DNA of 64,000 nt from Candidatus Limnocylindrales bacterium (GTDB lineage: Bacteria; Chloroflexota; Limnocylindria; Limnocylindrales; CSP1-4). The DNA lies in contig DATBKB010000095.1 of assembly GCA_036556145.1 (NCBI GenBank), forward strand, positions 809 to 64,808, read 5' to 3'. A program made the translations under genes and the position numbers. The notes under the pieces are model-generated. The model ran no database searches. It was not told where the DNA came from and was given only the letters and a program-made list of their open reading frames with translations. Positions 1 through 12,524 of this stretch are shown here, in pieces; the first letter of the stretch is position 1; every line of letters starts with the position of its first letter.

Positions 1-2422
1 TGACGCCTCGCGCGCCGGGCGAGTAGCGGTTGATCGTGTTCGTCTCCGTGCGGATCACCTGGCCGCCGGCGCTGATGAGGAGCAGCTCCTCGTCCTGCTT
101 CGTCACCTGCTGGACGGCGGCCACGCTGCCGGTCTTGCGGCCCTCGAGCGAGATCAGCCGGACGCCCTGGCCGCCGCGGTGCTTCCGCCGGAACTCCTCG
201 AGCGGGACGCGCTTGCCGTAGCCCGTCTCGGTGAGGACGAGGAGATCGGCGCCGGGCTCGACGACGCTCATCGCGACAACGCTGTCGCCCTTCTTCTTGA
301 GCAAGCGGATGCCGATGACGCCGGCCGCGTCGCGGCCCATCGGCCGCACCTCGCCCTCGGCGAACCGGGCGAGCATGCCTTCGGATGTCGCAATGATGAT
401 GTCGTCGCTGCCGGCCGAGACGTCGACCCAGGCGAGCTCGTCGTCGGAATTGATCGAGATCGCCCGGATGCCCGTCGCGCGGACGCGCTCGAACTGCTCG
501 AGCGGCGTCTTCTTGATCATGCCCTTGCGGGTCGCCATGACGAGGAAGTTGCCCGGCTCGAAATTCGGCACGACGATCGTCGCCATCGGCACCTCGCCGG
601 CCTCGACCTGGACACCCGGCAGGTTGATGATCGGGACGCCCTTCGCGTAGCGGCTGGCGTCGTTGATCTTGTGGACCTTCGTGCTGAAGACCCGGCCGCG
701 GTTCGTGAAGAACAGCGCCCAGTCGTGGGTGTTGGCCACGAGCAGGCTGTCGACGGCATCCTCCTCGCGGGTGACGTGGCCGATGATCCCGCGGCCGCCG
801 CGGTGCTGGCGTCGATAGGCCGCGACCGGCTGGCGCTTGATGTAGCCGCGGCCGCTGATCGTGATCACGACGTCCTCGTGGGAGATGAGGTCCTCGTCGC
901 TCATCTCGCCGCTGACGTCGTCCTCGACCTGGGTCCGGCGCTCGCCGGCGTACTTCCGCTTCAGCTCGCGCAGCTCGTCCTTGATGATTCCGAGCACGCG
1001 CGCCGCGTTGGCGAGGATGTCCTCGAGCTCGGCGATGAGCTGGATGACCTCGAGGTACTCGTCCTCGATCTTCTTCCGCTCGAGGGCCGCCAGCCGGGCG
1101 AGGCGCATGTCGAGGATCGCCTGGGCCTGCAGCTCCGAGAGCTTGAACTTCGTCATGAGGTTGGTCCGGGCGACGTCGACGTCGGCCGACTCCCGGATCG
1201 TCTTGATGACCGCGTCGAGGTGATCGAGCGCGACCTTGAGGCCCTCGAGGATGTGCGCCCTCGCGCGGGCCTTGGCGAGGTCGTACTCCGTCCGGCGCCG
1301 GACGATCTCGCGGCGGTAGTCGACGTAGTGCTGGAGGACGGACTTGAGCGGCAGCGTCTGGGGCTGCCCGTCGACGAGCGCCAGCATGTTCATGTTGAAC
1401 GCGAGCTGGAGGGCGGTGTGCTTGAAGAGGTTGTTGAGGACGCTGTGCGGGTTCGAGTCGCGCTTGACCTCGATGACGACCCGCATGCCGTCGCGGTCCG
1501 ATTCGTCGCGGAGATCGGCGATGCCGTCGATTCGCTTGTCCTTGACGAGCTCGGCGATCTTCTCGAGGAGCGCCGCCTTGTTGACCTGGTAGGGCAGCTC
1601 CGTGACGATGATCGCCATCTGATCGCCCCGGATCTCCTCGAACGCGACCTTGGCGCGCATGACGACGCGGCCGTGGCCGTGGGCGTACATCTGGCGGATC
1701 GCGTCGACCTTCTCGTTCTCGCCGGTGAGCGTCCGCTGGACCTCGTAGCGGTAGATCGTCCCCCCGGTCGGGAAGTCCGGACCCGTCACGTGCTTGCAGA
1801 GGTCGTCGGTCGTGATCGACGGATCGTCGATGAGGGCGATCGTCGCGTCGCAGATCTCGCCGAGGTGATGCGGCGGGATGTTCGTCGCCATCCCGACGGC
1901 GATCCCCGACGACCCGTTGATGAGGAGGTTCGGCAGCTTCGCCGGCAGGACCGTCGGCTCCTTCTGGGTGCCGTCGTAGTTGTCGGTGAAGTCGACCGTC
2001 TCCTTGTCGATGTCGGCGAGCATCTCGGCCGCGATGCCCGTCAGGCGTGCCTCCGTGTAGCGCATCGCCGCCGCGGCGTCGCCATCCACGCTGCCGAAGT
2101 TGCCCTGCCCGTCGACGAGCGGGTAGCGCATCGAGAAGTCCTGGGCGAGGCGGACGAGGGCGTCGTAGAGCGCCACGTCGCCGTGGGGGTGGTACTTGCC
2201 CATCACCTCGCCGACGATCGCCGCGCACTTGCGGTAGGACGAGGTGGCGCTCAGCCCCATCTCGCCCATCGTGTAGAGGATCCGCCGGTGGACCGGCTTC
2301 AGGCCGTCGCGAACGTCCGGCAGCGCGCGAGCGACGATGACGCTCATCGCGTAGTCGAGGTAGGCGACCTTCATCTCCTCCTCGATGCGGATGGCTCGGA
2401 CGTCGCCCAGTTCTTCGGTCAC
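1..2422 (-). CDS. gyrA: DNA gyrase subunit A (3' part runs off the window edge)
   Basis: Minus-strand translation gives the GyrA N-terminus ([50 protein letters not shown]...) and the C-terminal beta-pinwheel region further downstream. First in-frame start after an upstream TGA is GTG at 2422. Not in the ORF track because it is open at the window edge; the 179..2779 + ORF is its antisense artefact. Confidence 0.9.
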   Translation of the reverse strand, partial: MTEELGDVRAIRIEEEMKVAYLDYAMSVIVARALPDVRDGLKPVHRRILYTMGEMGLSATSSYRKCAAIVGEVMGKYHPHGDVALYDALVRLAQDFSMRYPLVDGQGNFGSVDGDAAAAMRYTEARLTGIAAEMLADIDKETVDFTDNYDGTQKEPTVLPAKLPNLLINGSSGIAVGMATNIPPHHLGEICDATIALIDDPSITTDDLCKHVTGPDFPTGGTIYRYEVQRTLTGENEKVDAIRQMYAHGHGRVVMRAKVAFEEIRGDQMAIIVTELPYQVNKAALLEKIAELVKDKRIDGIADLRDESDRDGMRVVIEVKRDSNPHSVLNNLFKHTALQLAFNMNMLALVDGQPQTLPLKSVLQHYVDYRREIVRRRTEYDLAKARARAHILEGLKVALDHLDAVIKTIRESADVDVARTNLMTKFKLSELQAQAILDMRLARLAALERKKIEDEYLEVIQLIAELEDILANAARVLGIIKDELRELKRKYAGERRTQVEDDVSGEMSDEDLISHEDVVITISGRGYIKRQPVAAYRRQHRGGRGIIGHVTREEDAVDSLLVANTHDWALFFTNRGRVFSTKVHKINDASRYAKGVPIINLPGVQVEAGEVPMATIVVPNFEPGNFLVMATRKGMIKKTPLEQFERVRATGIRAISINSDDELAWVDVSAGSDDIIIATSEGMLARFAEGEVRPMGRDAAGVIGIRLLKKKGDSVVAMSVVEPGADLLVLTETGYGKRVPLEEFRRKHRGGQGVRLISLEGRKTGSVAAVQQVTKQDEELLLISAGGQVIRTETNTINRYSPGARGV

Positions 2423-2456
2423 GGTCGCGGTTTCCTCCGGGTCGGCGGGAACGGTC

Positions 2457-3443
2457 TCATGTCAGCGGCGGCTCCGGCATCGGGCGGCCGAGGTCCATCG
2501 ACTCGAAGCGGGCCGCGGTTCCGGCGGCTCGGGACGTCGCCGCGGCGCCGGGCCGGCGGCGGATCCCGGTCAGGCTCTCGCGGAGCTCGTCGGCAGCGAC
2601 GGGATCGAGCTTCGCCAGCGCATCGCGGACGACCCATGCCCGGTGGCCGTCGTCGTCGCTCACCGCCGTCGCGGCCTCTCGCCGGCAGAACGCCTCGACC
2701 CCCGATCGGTCGACGAGGACGAGCGACCGCAGCGCCCAGGCGAGCGCCTTCTGGACATCCGGCTCGGCGTCGCCGATGAGCTCCCCGACGAGGGCGAGGC
2801 CCCGTCGCGCGACGTCCGGCTGGCGGCCTGCCGAGCGGTCGATGAACGGGATGGTCGCGACGGTCGACCCGACGAGCCGGCGCTCCCAGCGGGACGGCGA
2901 GTAGACGAGCTGCTCGAGCTCGGCCCAGCGGTACGGTTCGAGGAGAATGCCCCGGCCGTAGGGATGGGCGAGCGTGTCGACGGTGATCCAGTCGCCCGCA
3001 TCCCGGGCGGCCCGGCGCAGGAGCTGCCAGACCCGCTCCGGCTCCTTCGGGACCAGGGCCTCGAGGATGCCGAGCGCGAACCAGCGGTACTCGAGGGCCG
3101 TTTCCCGGAACAGCCGCTCCGCGATGAACAGGAGCGGCGCGGGCGAATCCTTGCGGGTCGCGCGGCGGAACGTCCGGGCGATCCCCGCCATCAGCGGCCA
3201 GCGGATCCCGAGGACCTCGCCGATGCCGGGGGCGATGAACTGCTGCCCGGCCACGTACTCCGGGTCGGCGAGGCCGGCGAAGCCGCGCCGCAGCTCCACC
3301 ACGAACTGGTCCGGGTCGCCGACGAGGTCCGCCAGCTCGAGGCCGAGCTCCTCGGCGCCCGCTCGTCGGGCGGCGACGAACGCCACCGCGCGCTGCGTGG
3401 TCGGCGAGGGCTTCGATCCCTTGATCGTGGTCGCGGCGGTCAT
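2457..3443 (-). CDS. DNA alkylation repair enzyme, AlkD/AlkC-like HEAT-repeat DNA glycosylase family
   Basis: 328 aa. Motifs align with B. cereus AlkD ([11 protein letters not shown] vs WWDTVDSLA; [12 protein letters not shown] vs NIWLRRTAIL; [13 protein letters not shown] vs FIQKAIGWALREY). Its start overlaps the stop of the upstream thioesterase (ATGA at 3440-3443). Confidence 0.7.
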   Translation of the reverse strand: MTAATTIKGSKPSPTTQRAVAFVAARRAGAEELGLELADLVGDPDQFVVELRRGFAGLADPEYVAGQQFIAPGIGEVLGIRWPLMAGIARTFRRATRKDSPAPLLFIAERLFRETALEYRWFALGILEALVPKEPERVWQLLRRAARDAGDWITVDTLAHPYGRGILLEPYRWAELEQLVYSPSRWERRLVGSTVATIPFIDRSAGRQPDVARRGLALVGELIGDAEPDVQKALAWALRSLVLVDRSGVEAFCRREAATAVSDDDGHRAWVVRDALAKLDPVAADELRESLTGIRRRPGAAATSRAAGTAARFESMDLGRPMPEPPLT

Positions 3444-4054
3444 GAGCCGTCCTGCCCGCGCGGTTCCCGGCTCCGAGCGGCGCCTGCCACCATCTCGGGC
3501 GTTTCGGGCTGAGCCGCGGCGGACAACCCGGTGTAGCGGAAGCCGTAACGGGCTCGGAGCTCGTCGCGCCGCTGGCGCGAGGCCGCGACGTAGATTCCCT
3601 CGGCCGTCGCGAGCTCGGTGCCCGTTTCGACATCGACGATGCGGCCCGCCGTATCGACGAGCCGCCGCCGGCTCCTCGTGATCCAGCCGTCGGCGCGAAA
3701 CGCGCGCCCCACCTCGACCGGGCGTCGGAAGTCGACCGCGAGGCGAGCGGTCAGTCCCCAGTTCTCCGCCCCGACCAGCGCCCAGGCCATGACCTCGTCG
3801 AGGATCGTGCAGAGGATTCCGCCGTGGGCGATCCCCTCCCAGCCCTCGAAACGGCGATCGAGCGCGCCCTCCGACCAGGCCCGCCCGGCCTCGACGTGGA
3901 TCAGCATGCGCAGGCCGTTGGCATTGAGCGTCCCGCAGGCGAAGCAGTGGTGTGGCGCGATCTCGAAGGGCGCGATCCCGGGTCCGGGGACGGCGCCGGC
4001 CGGCCGGCGGCCGGCCGCGCCATCGGACCCCGCGGCGGCCAGACGGTCGACCAC
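3440..4054 (-). CDS. PaaI/YbgC-like hotdog-fold acyl-CoA thioesterase
   Basis: Hotdog catalytic core GLRMLIHVEAGRAWSEG...IAHGGILCTILDEVMAWA (HGG motif). The six-frame ORF extends to 4162 but would overlap the gyrB 3' end; start set at in-frame GTG ~4054 just after the gyrB stop. Start uncertain. Confidence 0.6.
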   Translation of the reverse strand: MVDRLAAAGSDGAAGRRPAGAVPGPGIAPFEIAPHHCFACGTLNANGLRMLIHVEAGRAWSEGALDRRFEGWEGIAHGGILCTILDEVMAWALVGAENWGLTARLAVDFRRPVEVGRAFRADGWITRSRRRLVDTAGRIVDVETGTELATAEGIYVAASRQRRDELRARYGFRYTGLSAAAQPETPEMVAGAARSREPRGQDGS

Positions 4055-4067
4055 GCCCGCCCGGAGA

Positions 4068-6909
<2,842 letters not shown>

Positions 6910-6913
<4 letters not shown>

Positions 6914-7767
6914 GCGGATACCGCCTCAATCTCCTCTGGGCCGGCGGGCGCCGGCCGCTGGGTGGCTCCCGAGGGTCGAGCCGGAGGGGCCCCGACGCCC
7001 GGCCGCCCGTCTCGGCGGCGAAGCTCGTCGGCGAGCGCCCTGTAGGCCTCGGCGCCTCGGGAATCCGGTCGATAGAGAGCAATCGGCAGGCCATAGCTCG
7101 GGGCTTCGGATAGCCGGACGCTCCGCGGGATCACGGTATCGAAGACGCGCTCGTGAAGGTGGCGGCGGACCTCGGCGGCCACCTCTGACGAGAGGTTGGT
7201 TCGGGCGTCGTACATCGTGAGGACCACCCCCTTGATCTCGAGCGACGGGTTGAGGTGATCACGAATGAGCTGCGTCGTGGCGATCAAGTGGGTAAGGCCC
7301 TCGAGCGCGTAGTACTCGCACTGAATTGGAATCAGCACTGAATCCGCCGCCGTCAGGGCGTTGACGGTCAGCAGCCCGAGCGACGGCGGGCAGTCGAGGA
7401 GGATGTAGTCGTAGTCGTCGCGGATGCCGGTCAGCAGGCGAGCCAGCCGGCGCTCGCGCTGCTCGATGGGCGCGAGCTCGACCTCCGCTCCCGCCAGGCC
7501 GATCGACGACGGAATGAGGCGGACGCCCTCCGCGCCAGTCTCGACGATGAGATCCGCCAAGGCGACCGACTCGACGACGGCCTCGTACACCGATCGGTCG
7601 ACGGCGGACCTGTCGAAGCCAAAGCCGCTCGTCGCATTGCCTTGGGGATCGAGGTCGATGACCAGGACTCGCTCGCCAGCCCGCGCCAGGTAGGTCGCGA
7701 GGTTGACAACGGTCGTGGTCTTGCCGACTCCGCCTTTCTGGTTGGCGCAGGCGATCGTCTGCCCCAC
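6910..7767 (-). CDS. parA: Chromosome partitioning ATPase ParA/Soj
   Basis: Deviant Walker A KGGVGKTT and ParA/MinD family architecture; 285 aa. Confidence 0.9.
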
Positions 7768-7912
7768 TCAGAAACCTACTCGACGCGCCATCACAAGGCT
7801 TGAATTCTATCATCCTGGACCCGGCGACCGGCCCCTGACGGACGGCCCAGGCGGAGCATGCCAAGAGGCGGTTGACGCTCACTTCCCCCTGTCTTAGCCG
7901 CCGCTTACGGTG

Positions 7913-7926
7913 GTTTCACGTGAAAC
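7913..7926. promoter_or_regulatory. parS centromere-like site 1 (GTTTCACGTGAAAC)
   Basis: Perfect 14-bp palindrome matching the universal parS consensus tGTTTCACGTGAAACa, ~150 bp upstream of the parA start. Confidence 0.8.
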
Positions 7927-7961
7927 GCTGACAGCTCCCCCACCGCCGCCGACGGGTCGCT

Positions 7962-7975
7962 GTTTCACGTGAAAC
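7962..7975. promoter_or_regulatory. parS centromere-like site 2 (tGTTTCACGTGAAACa)
   Basis: Second identical palindrome 49 bp from the first; with flanks it matches the full 16-bp parS consensus. Confidence 0.8.
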
Positions 7976-8152
7976 ATCAAGACGAGGCGACTGGTCCGAA
8001 CTGGGCTCAACCACCCCTGACCTCAGTCCTATTGAAACGGGGCTCCGGCATCGTGGGATACTCCTCCCACGCTCCGTTTGCAGAGGTCGTTGGCCGCTCG
8101 AGAGGTCCTCGCCGGCGACCCTCGGCTGGCTACCCGGGGGTCGGCGTCCTGG

Positions 8153-8653
8153 ATGCGCTTCCTCGTCACCGCCATCGCCGCTCTGGCCGCGGCGCTGGCC
8201 GACGCGACGGTCGTCCCGTACCTTGGCGTCGCCGGCGCCCACCCCCACGTCCTGGTCGTTGCCGGCGTCATCTGGACAGTCGCTGCGGGCGTCGAATGCG
8301 GCCTGCTATGGGGCTTCCTCGGCGGCCTGGCTCTTGACGTGCTGGCACAACGTCCGCTTGGCTCAACAGCGTTCGTGCTCGTCGCGACCATGGGCGCCGC
8401 CGCCCTTCTTGGATCCTCGTCCGGTCGTGCGCGACGGCTTGCCGTGGTGCCCATCGCGTTCGTGTTGAGCCTCGCGAGCTCGCTGCTCTTCATCGTCGTG
8501 TACGGCGCCCTTCGCGGCCCGGTCCCCGAAATCGACCCCGTGCACGTCATCCTCCCTGGAGCCCTGTATGACGCTGTGCTGGCCGCCGCCGTGGGCCCAC
8601 TGGTCGTGGCGGCCTACGACCGACGACAGCCGGAGGAGGGCACCGAGTGGTGA
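8153..8653 (+). CDS. mreD: Rod shape-determining protein MreD
   Basis: Small polytopic membrane protein (MRFLVTAIAALAAALADATVVPYLGVAGAHPHVLVVAGVIW...) immediately upstream of and overlapping PBP2. ORF opens at 8078; start chosen at internal Met 8153. Confidence 0.6.
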   Translation: MRFLVTAIAALAAALADATVVPYLGVAGAHPHVLVVAGVIWTVAAGVECGLLWGFLGGLALDVLAQRPLGSTAFVLVATMGAAALLGSSSGRARRLAVVPIAFVLSLASSLLFIVVYGALRGPVPEIDPVHVILPGALYDAVLAAAVGPLVVAAYDRRQPEEGTEW

Positions 8654-10572
8654 CTCCCGCCAGCCCGAGGGAGGCCGCCAACGATCGACGCGTCGTCCGC
8701 TTTGTCGCATTCGGGCTTGTCGTCGTCCTGGCGCTCAGCGGCCTGACGGCGAGGTTGTTCTACCTCCAGATCGCCAAGGGCGCCGACTACTCGACCCTCG
8801 CCGAGCGCAACCGCGTGACCACCCGACCGGTGGCCTCGTCGCGAGGGCTGATTATCGACCGTGACGGTCAGCCGCTCGTCATGAACGTGCCCTCCTTCGC
8901 GGTGAAGATCCGGCCCGAGGACTTGCCGCTATCGCGACGGACCGAGGTCGTCGCCCGCCTCGCTGCACTGCTGGATACGGACCCCACCTCGATCATCATG
9001 GCGCTCGACGGGAGCCCCGGGTCGCGCTTCGACCTCGTGCGGATCGCCAGCGACGTCCCAAGGGAGACGGCGGACGTGATCGCTGAGTCGCGATTCGACC
9101 TCCCTGGCGTTGAGGTGGTCGTCGAACCCAGACGCGAGTACCCGCAGGGGGCCTTGGTCGCGCATCTCCTCGGCTACACCGCCCCGATACCGCCCGACCA
9201 GATGCCAGCCCTCAAGAAGACCGGCTACCAGCCGGACGACCTGATCGGCCGAGCCGGCGTCGAGGCCGTGTACGAGGGATATCTTCGCGGCGAGTACGGC
9301 GCCGAGAGCGTCGAACGTGACGCGACCGGGCGAACCATCCAGGTTCTCCAGACCGTCCGCCCGGCGAAGGCCGGCGATTCGCTCCGGCTGTCAATCGACA
9401 TCGACACCCAGCGCGAGGCCGAAAGGGCTCTCAAGTGGGGCATGGAGGCCGCAGGCCTGAAACGGGGTGTCGTGATCGCGATGAACCCTCAAACCGGCGA
9501 GGTTCTCGCGATGGTCAGCCTCCCGAGCTACGACAACAACGCCTTCAGTGGCGGCATCAGCAGCAAGGACTATCGGTCGCTGCTGCTGAACCCCGACAAG
9601 CCCCTCCTCAACCACGCGATCCAGGCCCACTACCCGCCGGGCTCGACGTTCAAGCTGGTGACCGGGACCGGGGCCCTCGCGGACGGCAGGGTGAAGGCCT
9701 CGACGAAGCTTCGGACCGCGAGCTACCTGACGCTCGGGTCGACCCGGTTTTACGACTGGAATCGACGCGGCTGGGGGGCCTGCAACCTGGATTGCGGCTT
9801 CGGTCACTCGAGCGACACCTACTTCTTCCAGCTCGCCGGCATGCTGGGCATCGATCGCCTCAGCTACTGGGCGAAGCAGTACGGCTTTGGCGCGAGAACC
9901 GGGATCGACCTCCCGAACGAGGTCGCCGGCATCGTGCCATCGAACCAGTGGAAGCTCGACACGATGGGCGAGCCGATCTACCCCGGCGAGGTCTACCAGG
10001 CGGGGATCGGGCAGGGCTACGACGTCGTGACGCCAATCCAGCTCATCACCGCGTACGCGGCACTCGCGAACGGCGGCAAGGTGTACCAGCCACAGGTGGT
10101 CCGCGAGATCGTCGGCCCGGACGGAACCGTCGTCCGTCCGTTCGCGCCGAAGCTCGTTCGGGAGCTGCCCGTCGGCTCCGACGTGCTCAAGGAAATGCGC
10201 CAGGCGGCGAGGAACGTCCAGCTCATCCGGCACACCTACAACCTCGTGGACCTCCCGATCGTCATGGCCGGCAAGTCCGGTACGGCCGAATTCGGGGTCC
10301 GCGACCGCCGAGGCCGTCTGCCCTTCCATTCCTGGTTCGTGGCGTTCGTGCCGAAGGACCCGAAGAAGCATTCCGACGATCCAAAAGGCCTCGACGCGGT
10401 GGCGCGAACGGACGCGGAGCTCGTCGTCCTCGCGTTCGCCTACGACTCCCGCACGAAGGGGAACGCGGCGACCGAGATCGTGAAGTACTTCTTCCAGCTG
10501 CACTTCGGAATCGAGAGGGACTACCGCAACCACCGCCTCCTCGAGCGCGGCAACTTCTACCAGAGCAACTGA
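8647..10572 (+). CDS. mrdA: Penicillin-binding protein 2 (elongasome transpeptidase)
   Basis: 641 aa; N-terminal anchor, dimerisation domain, transpeptidase with SxxK (GSTFK), SSD and KSGT motifs; precedes rodA. Confidence 0.85.
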   Translation: MVTPASPREAANDRRVVRFVAFGLVVVLALSGLTARLFYLQIAKGADYSTLAERNRVTTRPVASSRGLIIDRDGQPLVMNVPSFAVKIRPEDLPLSRRTEVVARLAALLDTDPTSIIMALDGSPGSRFDLVRIASDVPRETADVIAESRFDLPGVEVVVEPRREYPQGALVAHLLGYTAPIPPDQMPALKKTGYQPDDLIGRAGVEAVYEGYLRGEYGAESVERDATGRTIQVLQTVRPAKAGDSLRLSIDIDTQREAERALKWGMEAAGLKRGVVIAMNPQTGEVLAMVSLPSYDNNAFSGGISSKDYRSLLLNPDKPLLNHAIQAHYPPGSTFKLVTGTGALADGRVKASTKLRTASYLTLGSTRFYDWNRRGWGACNLDCGFGHSSDTYFFQLAGMLGIDRLSYWAKQYGFGARTGIDLPNEVAGIVPSNQWKLDTMGEPIYPGEVYQAGIGQGYDVVTPIQLITAYAALANGGKVYQPQVVREIVGPDGTVVRPFAPKLVRELPVGSDVLKEMRQAARNVQLIRHTYNLVDLPIVMAGKSGTAEFGVRDRRGRLPFHSWFVAFVPKDPKKHSDDPKGLDAVARTDAELVVLAFAYDSRTKGNAATEIVKYFFQLHFGIERDYRNHRLLERGNFYQSN

Positions 10573-10594
10573 TGAGCGATACACCGGATCAGAC

Positions 10595-11755
10595 ATGGGC
10601 GTGATGCGAGTTGAGCCGGCGCGCTTCACCGATTGGGCCTCGCGCCCCGTGGGGGCGGCGTGGCGCCTGTTCGACGCGCAGCTGGCGATCTACGCGGTCC
10701 TGCTCGCCTCCATCGGCATCGCCATGGCCTACAGCAACAGCGTCGATGCCGGGCGGTCGATCCTGGAGACCGGATCGACGTTCCTCCGCGGCCTCATGTG
10801 GGCCGGGATCGCGCTGGTCGCATTCGTCGCCGCGACGTCATTCGACTACCGGTGGCTGAAGACGTTCGCCTGGCCGGCGTACCTCGTGCAGCTCGGGTTG
10901 CTCGTCCTGACCCTTGCGATCGGCGACGGCGTCAGTGGCGCGTCCCGGTGGGTCTCGATCGGGCCGTTCGTGTTCCAGTTCAGCGAGCTGGCGAAGATCC
11001 TCATGATCATCGTGCTCGCCAACTACCTCGGCTCGAGGTCGGGCCGGCTGCACGGGCTCGGGCCGATTCTCGGCGCGTGCGTGCTGGTGGGCCCGCCGTG
11101 GCTCCTCGTGATGCTCCAGCCGGACCTCGGCACGTCCCTCGTGCTTGCAGCGATCACGGCCGGGATGCTGTTCATGTCGGGCGCCAGCCTCAAGTGGCTT
11201 GGCGCGCTGACCGCCGGCGCGATCGCGATCCTGCCCTTCGTCTGGACGTACGTCCTGCGCGACTACCAGCGCGAGCGGCTCACCTCGTTCCTCGACGCCG
11301 CGCCGGACATCCAGGGCGCCGGCTATCAGCTCTACCAGGCGCAGATCGCGGTCGGGTCGGGCGGGTGGATCGGCAAGGGGCTGACGAACTCGACCCAGAA
11401 CGGGCTCGACTTCCTCCCGGTCCAGACGACGGACTTCGTCTTCGCCGTCTTCGCCGAGGAGTTCGGCTTCCTGGGCGGTCTCGTCCTTTTCGCGCTCTTC
11501 GGCGCGCTGGTCTGGCGGATCCTCGTGATCGGTTGGCGATCGGCGGATCCGTTCGGGACCGTGTTCTGCTGTGGCGTCGCGGCAATGCTGCTGTTCCAGC
11601 TGGTCGTGAACGTCGGGATGGTCGTCGGCGTGATGCCGATCACGGGCATCCCGCTGCCGTTCGTCACCCACGGCGGCGCGTCGCTGGTGAGCCTCGCCAT
11701 CGGGCTCGGAATCGTCGAGAGCATCGCCATCAGGCAGACTCGCGCAGACTGGTAG
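10595..11755 (+). CDS. rodA: Peptidoglycan glycosyltransferase RodA (SEDS family)
   Basis: 386 aa FtsW/RodA/SpoVE family; conserved GWIGKGLTNSTQNGLDFLPVQTTDFVFAVFAEEFGFLGG and C-terminal PITGIPLPFVTHGG. Confidence 0.9.
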   Translation: MGVMRVEPARFTDWASRPVGAAWRLFDAQLAIYAVLLASIGIAMAYSNSVDAGRSILETGSTFLRGLMWAGIALVAFVAATSFDYRWLKTFAWPAYLVQLGLLVLTLAIGDGVSGASRWVSIGPFVFQFSELAKILMIIVLANYLGSRSGRLHGLGPILGACVLVGPPWLLVMLQPDLGTSLVLAAITAGMLFMSGASLKWLGALTAGAIAILPFVWTYVLRDYQRERLTSFLDAAPDIQGAGYQLYQAQIAVGSGGWIGKGLTNSTQNGLDFLPVQTTDFVFAVFAEEFGFLGGLVLFALFGALVWRILVIGWRSADPFGTVFCCGVAAMLLFQLVVNVGMVVGVMPITGIPLPFVTHGGASLVSLAIGLGIVESIAIRQTRADW

Positions 11756-11828
11756 CGCCGCCGTCGGGCCGCGAAACGCCCGGTTCGGCGGTCCACCCTC
11801 CGGGCCCACGATGTCGCGCGGTTCCGCC

Positions 11829-12524
11829 TCAGCCGCGGCGGAAGAATCCCCTGCGGTCGGTGGACTCCGGCGCTGCGGCCCGCCGTCGGCCAGCGCGCCG
11901 GAGGATCTCGTCGATCTCCGCCCGGTGTTGCCGGCCGATCGGCACCCGGTCCAGCCACTCGAGATACTCGAGGTCTCGCCGCGCGATCTCACCGAGCGAC
12001 CAGCCGGCATAACGCCCGAAGGAGAGCACGCTGCCCGATGGGTTTCCCGGCGGCGGACCGGCCGCCCCCGCGCCTTCGCGAGCGCGCATCGTCCGTGGGT
12101 CGTAGGTGCTGCCGACGGTCGATCGCCCAGGGGTCCAATCGGGCGATGTCGGGTCGCTGGGCGGCGGTGGCGCCTCGCCACGTCGGCGGGTCGCGCCTGG
12201 ACGTGTATCGGCGGGCGCGGATCCCGCCGCGGATCCGGCCGTCGTGTCCGCGCCCGCTGGAGAACGCGCCGCCGGAACGCGGCTGCGACGTCGGTCGGCG
12301 GCCAACCGCCTGGCGCGCTCGCGGTCGTACTCCGCTCTCGGCTCGGGCTCCCCCACGACGGCCCAGGCCGCGTTGATCGCCACCATCTTCGCGGCGGCCT
12401 CCGGGCCCGGCATGACGTCCGGGTGGTACTTGCGGGCGAGCCGCCGGTACGCGGCCTGGATCACCTCCGGGTCGGCCTCGGGATCGACCTGGAGGACCTT
12501 GTACGGATCCGGCTCGTCAGGCAC
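11829..12524 (-). CDS. J-domain (DnaJ-like) protein
   Basis: J-domain with HPD motif (DPYKVLQVDPEADPEVIQAAYRRLARKYHPD) then a Pro/Ala/Gly-rich region. ORF extends to 12731 but that part overlaps the AI-2E transporter; GTG at 12524 proposed as start. Confidence 0.55.
   Translation of the reverse strand: MPDEPDPYKVLQVDPEADPEVIQAAYRRLARKYHPDVMPGPEAAAKMVAINAAWAVVGEPEPRAEYDRERARRLAADRRRSRVPAARSPAGADTTAGSAAGSAPADTRPGATRRRGEAPPPPSDPTSPDWTPGRSTVGSTYDPRTMRAREGAGAAGPPPGNPSGSVLSFGRYAGWSLGEIARRDLEYLEWLDRVPIGRQHRAEIDEILRRAGRRRAAAPESTDRRGFFRRG

Noticed and set aside
179-2779. 866-aa plus-strand ORF (and overlapping 231..650, 861..1223 ORFs)
   Set aside because: Antisense to gyrA. The composition is Asp/Glu/Arg/Leu-rich with no motifs, as expected for a GC-rich third-position artefact, while the minus strand gives an unambiguous GyrA.
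7767-8150. Possible oriC next to parA/parS
   Set aside because: No DnaA-box-like 9-mers (TTGTCCACA/TTATCCACA variants) were spotted, and there is no dnaA nearby. Only the parS sites are called.
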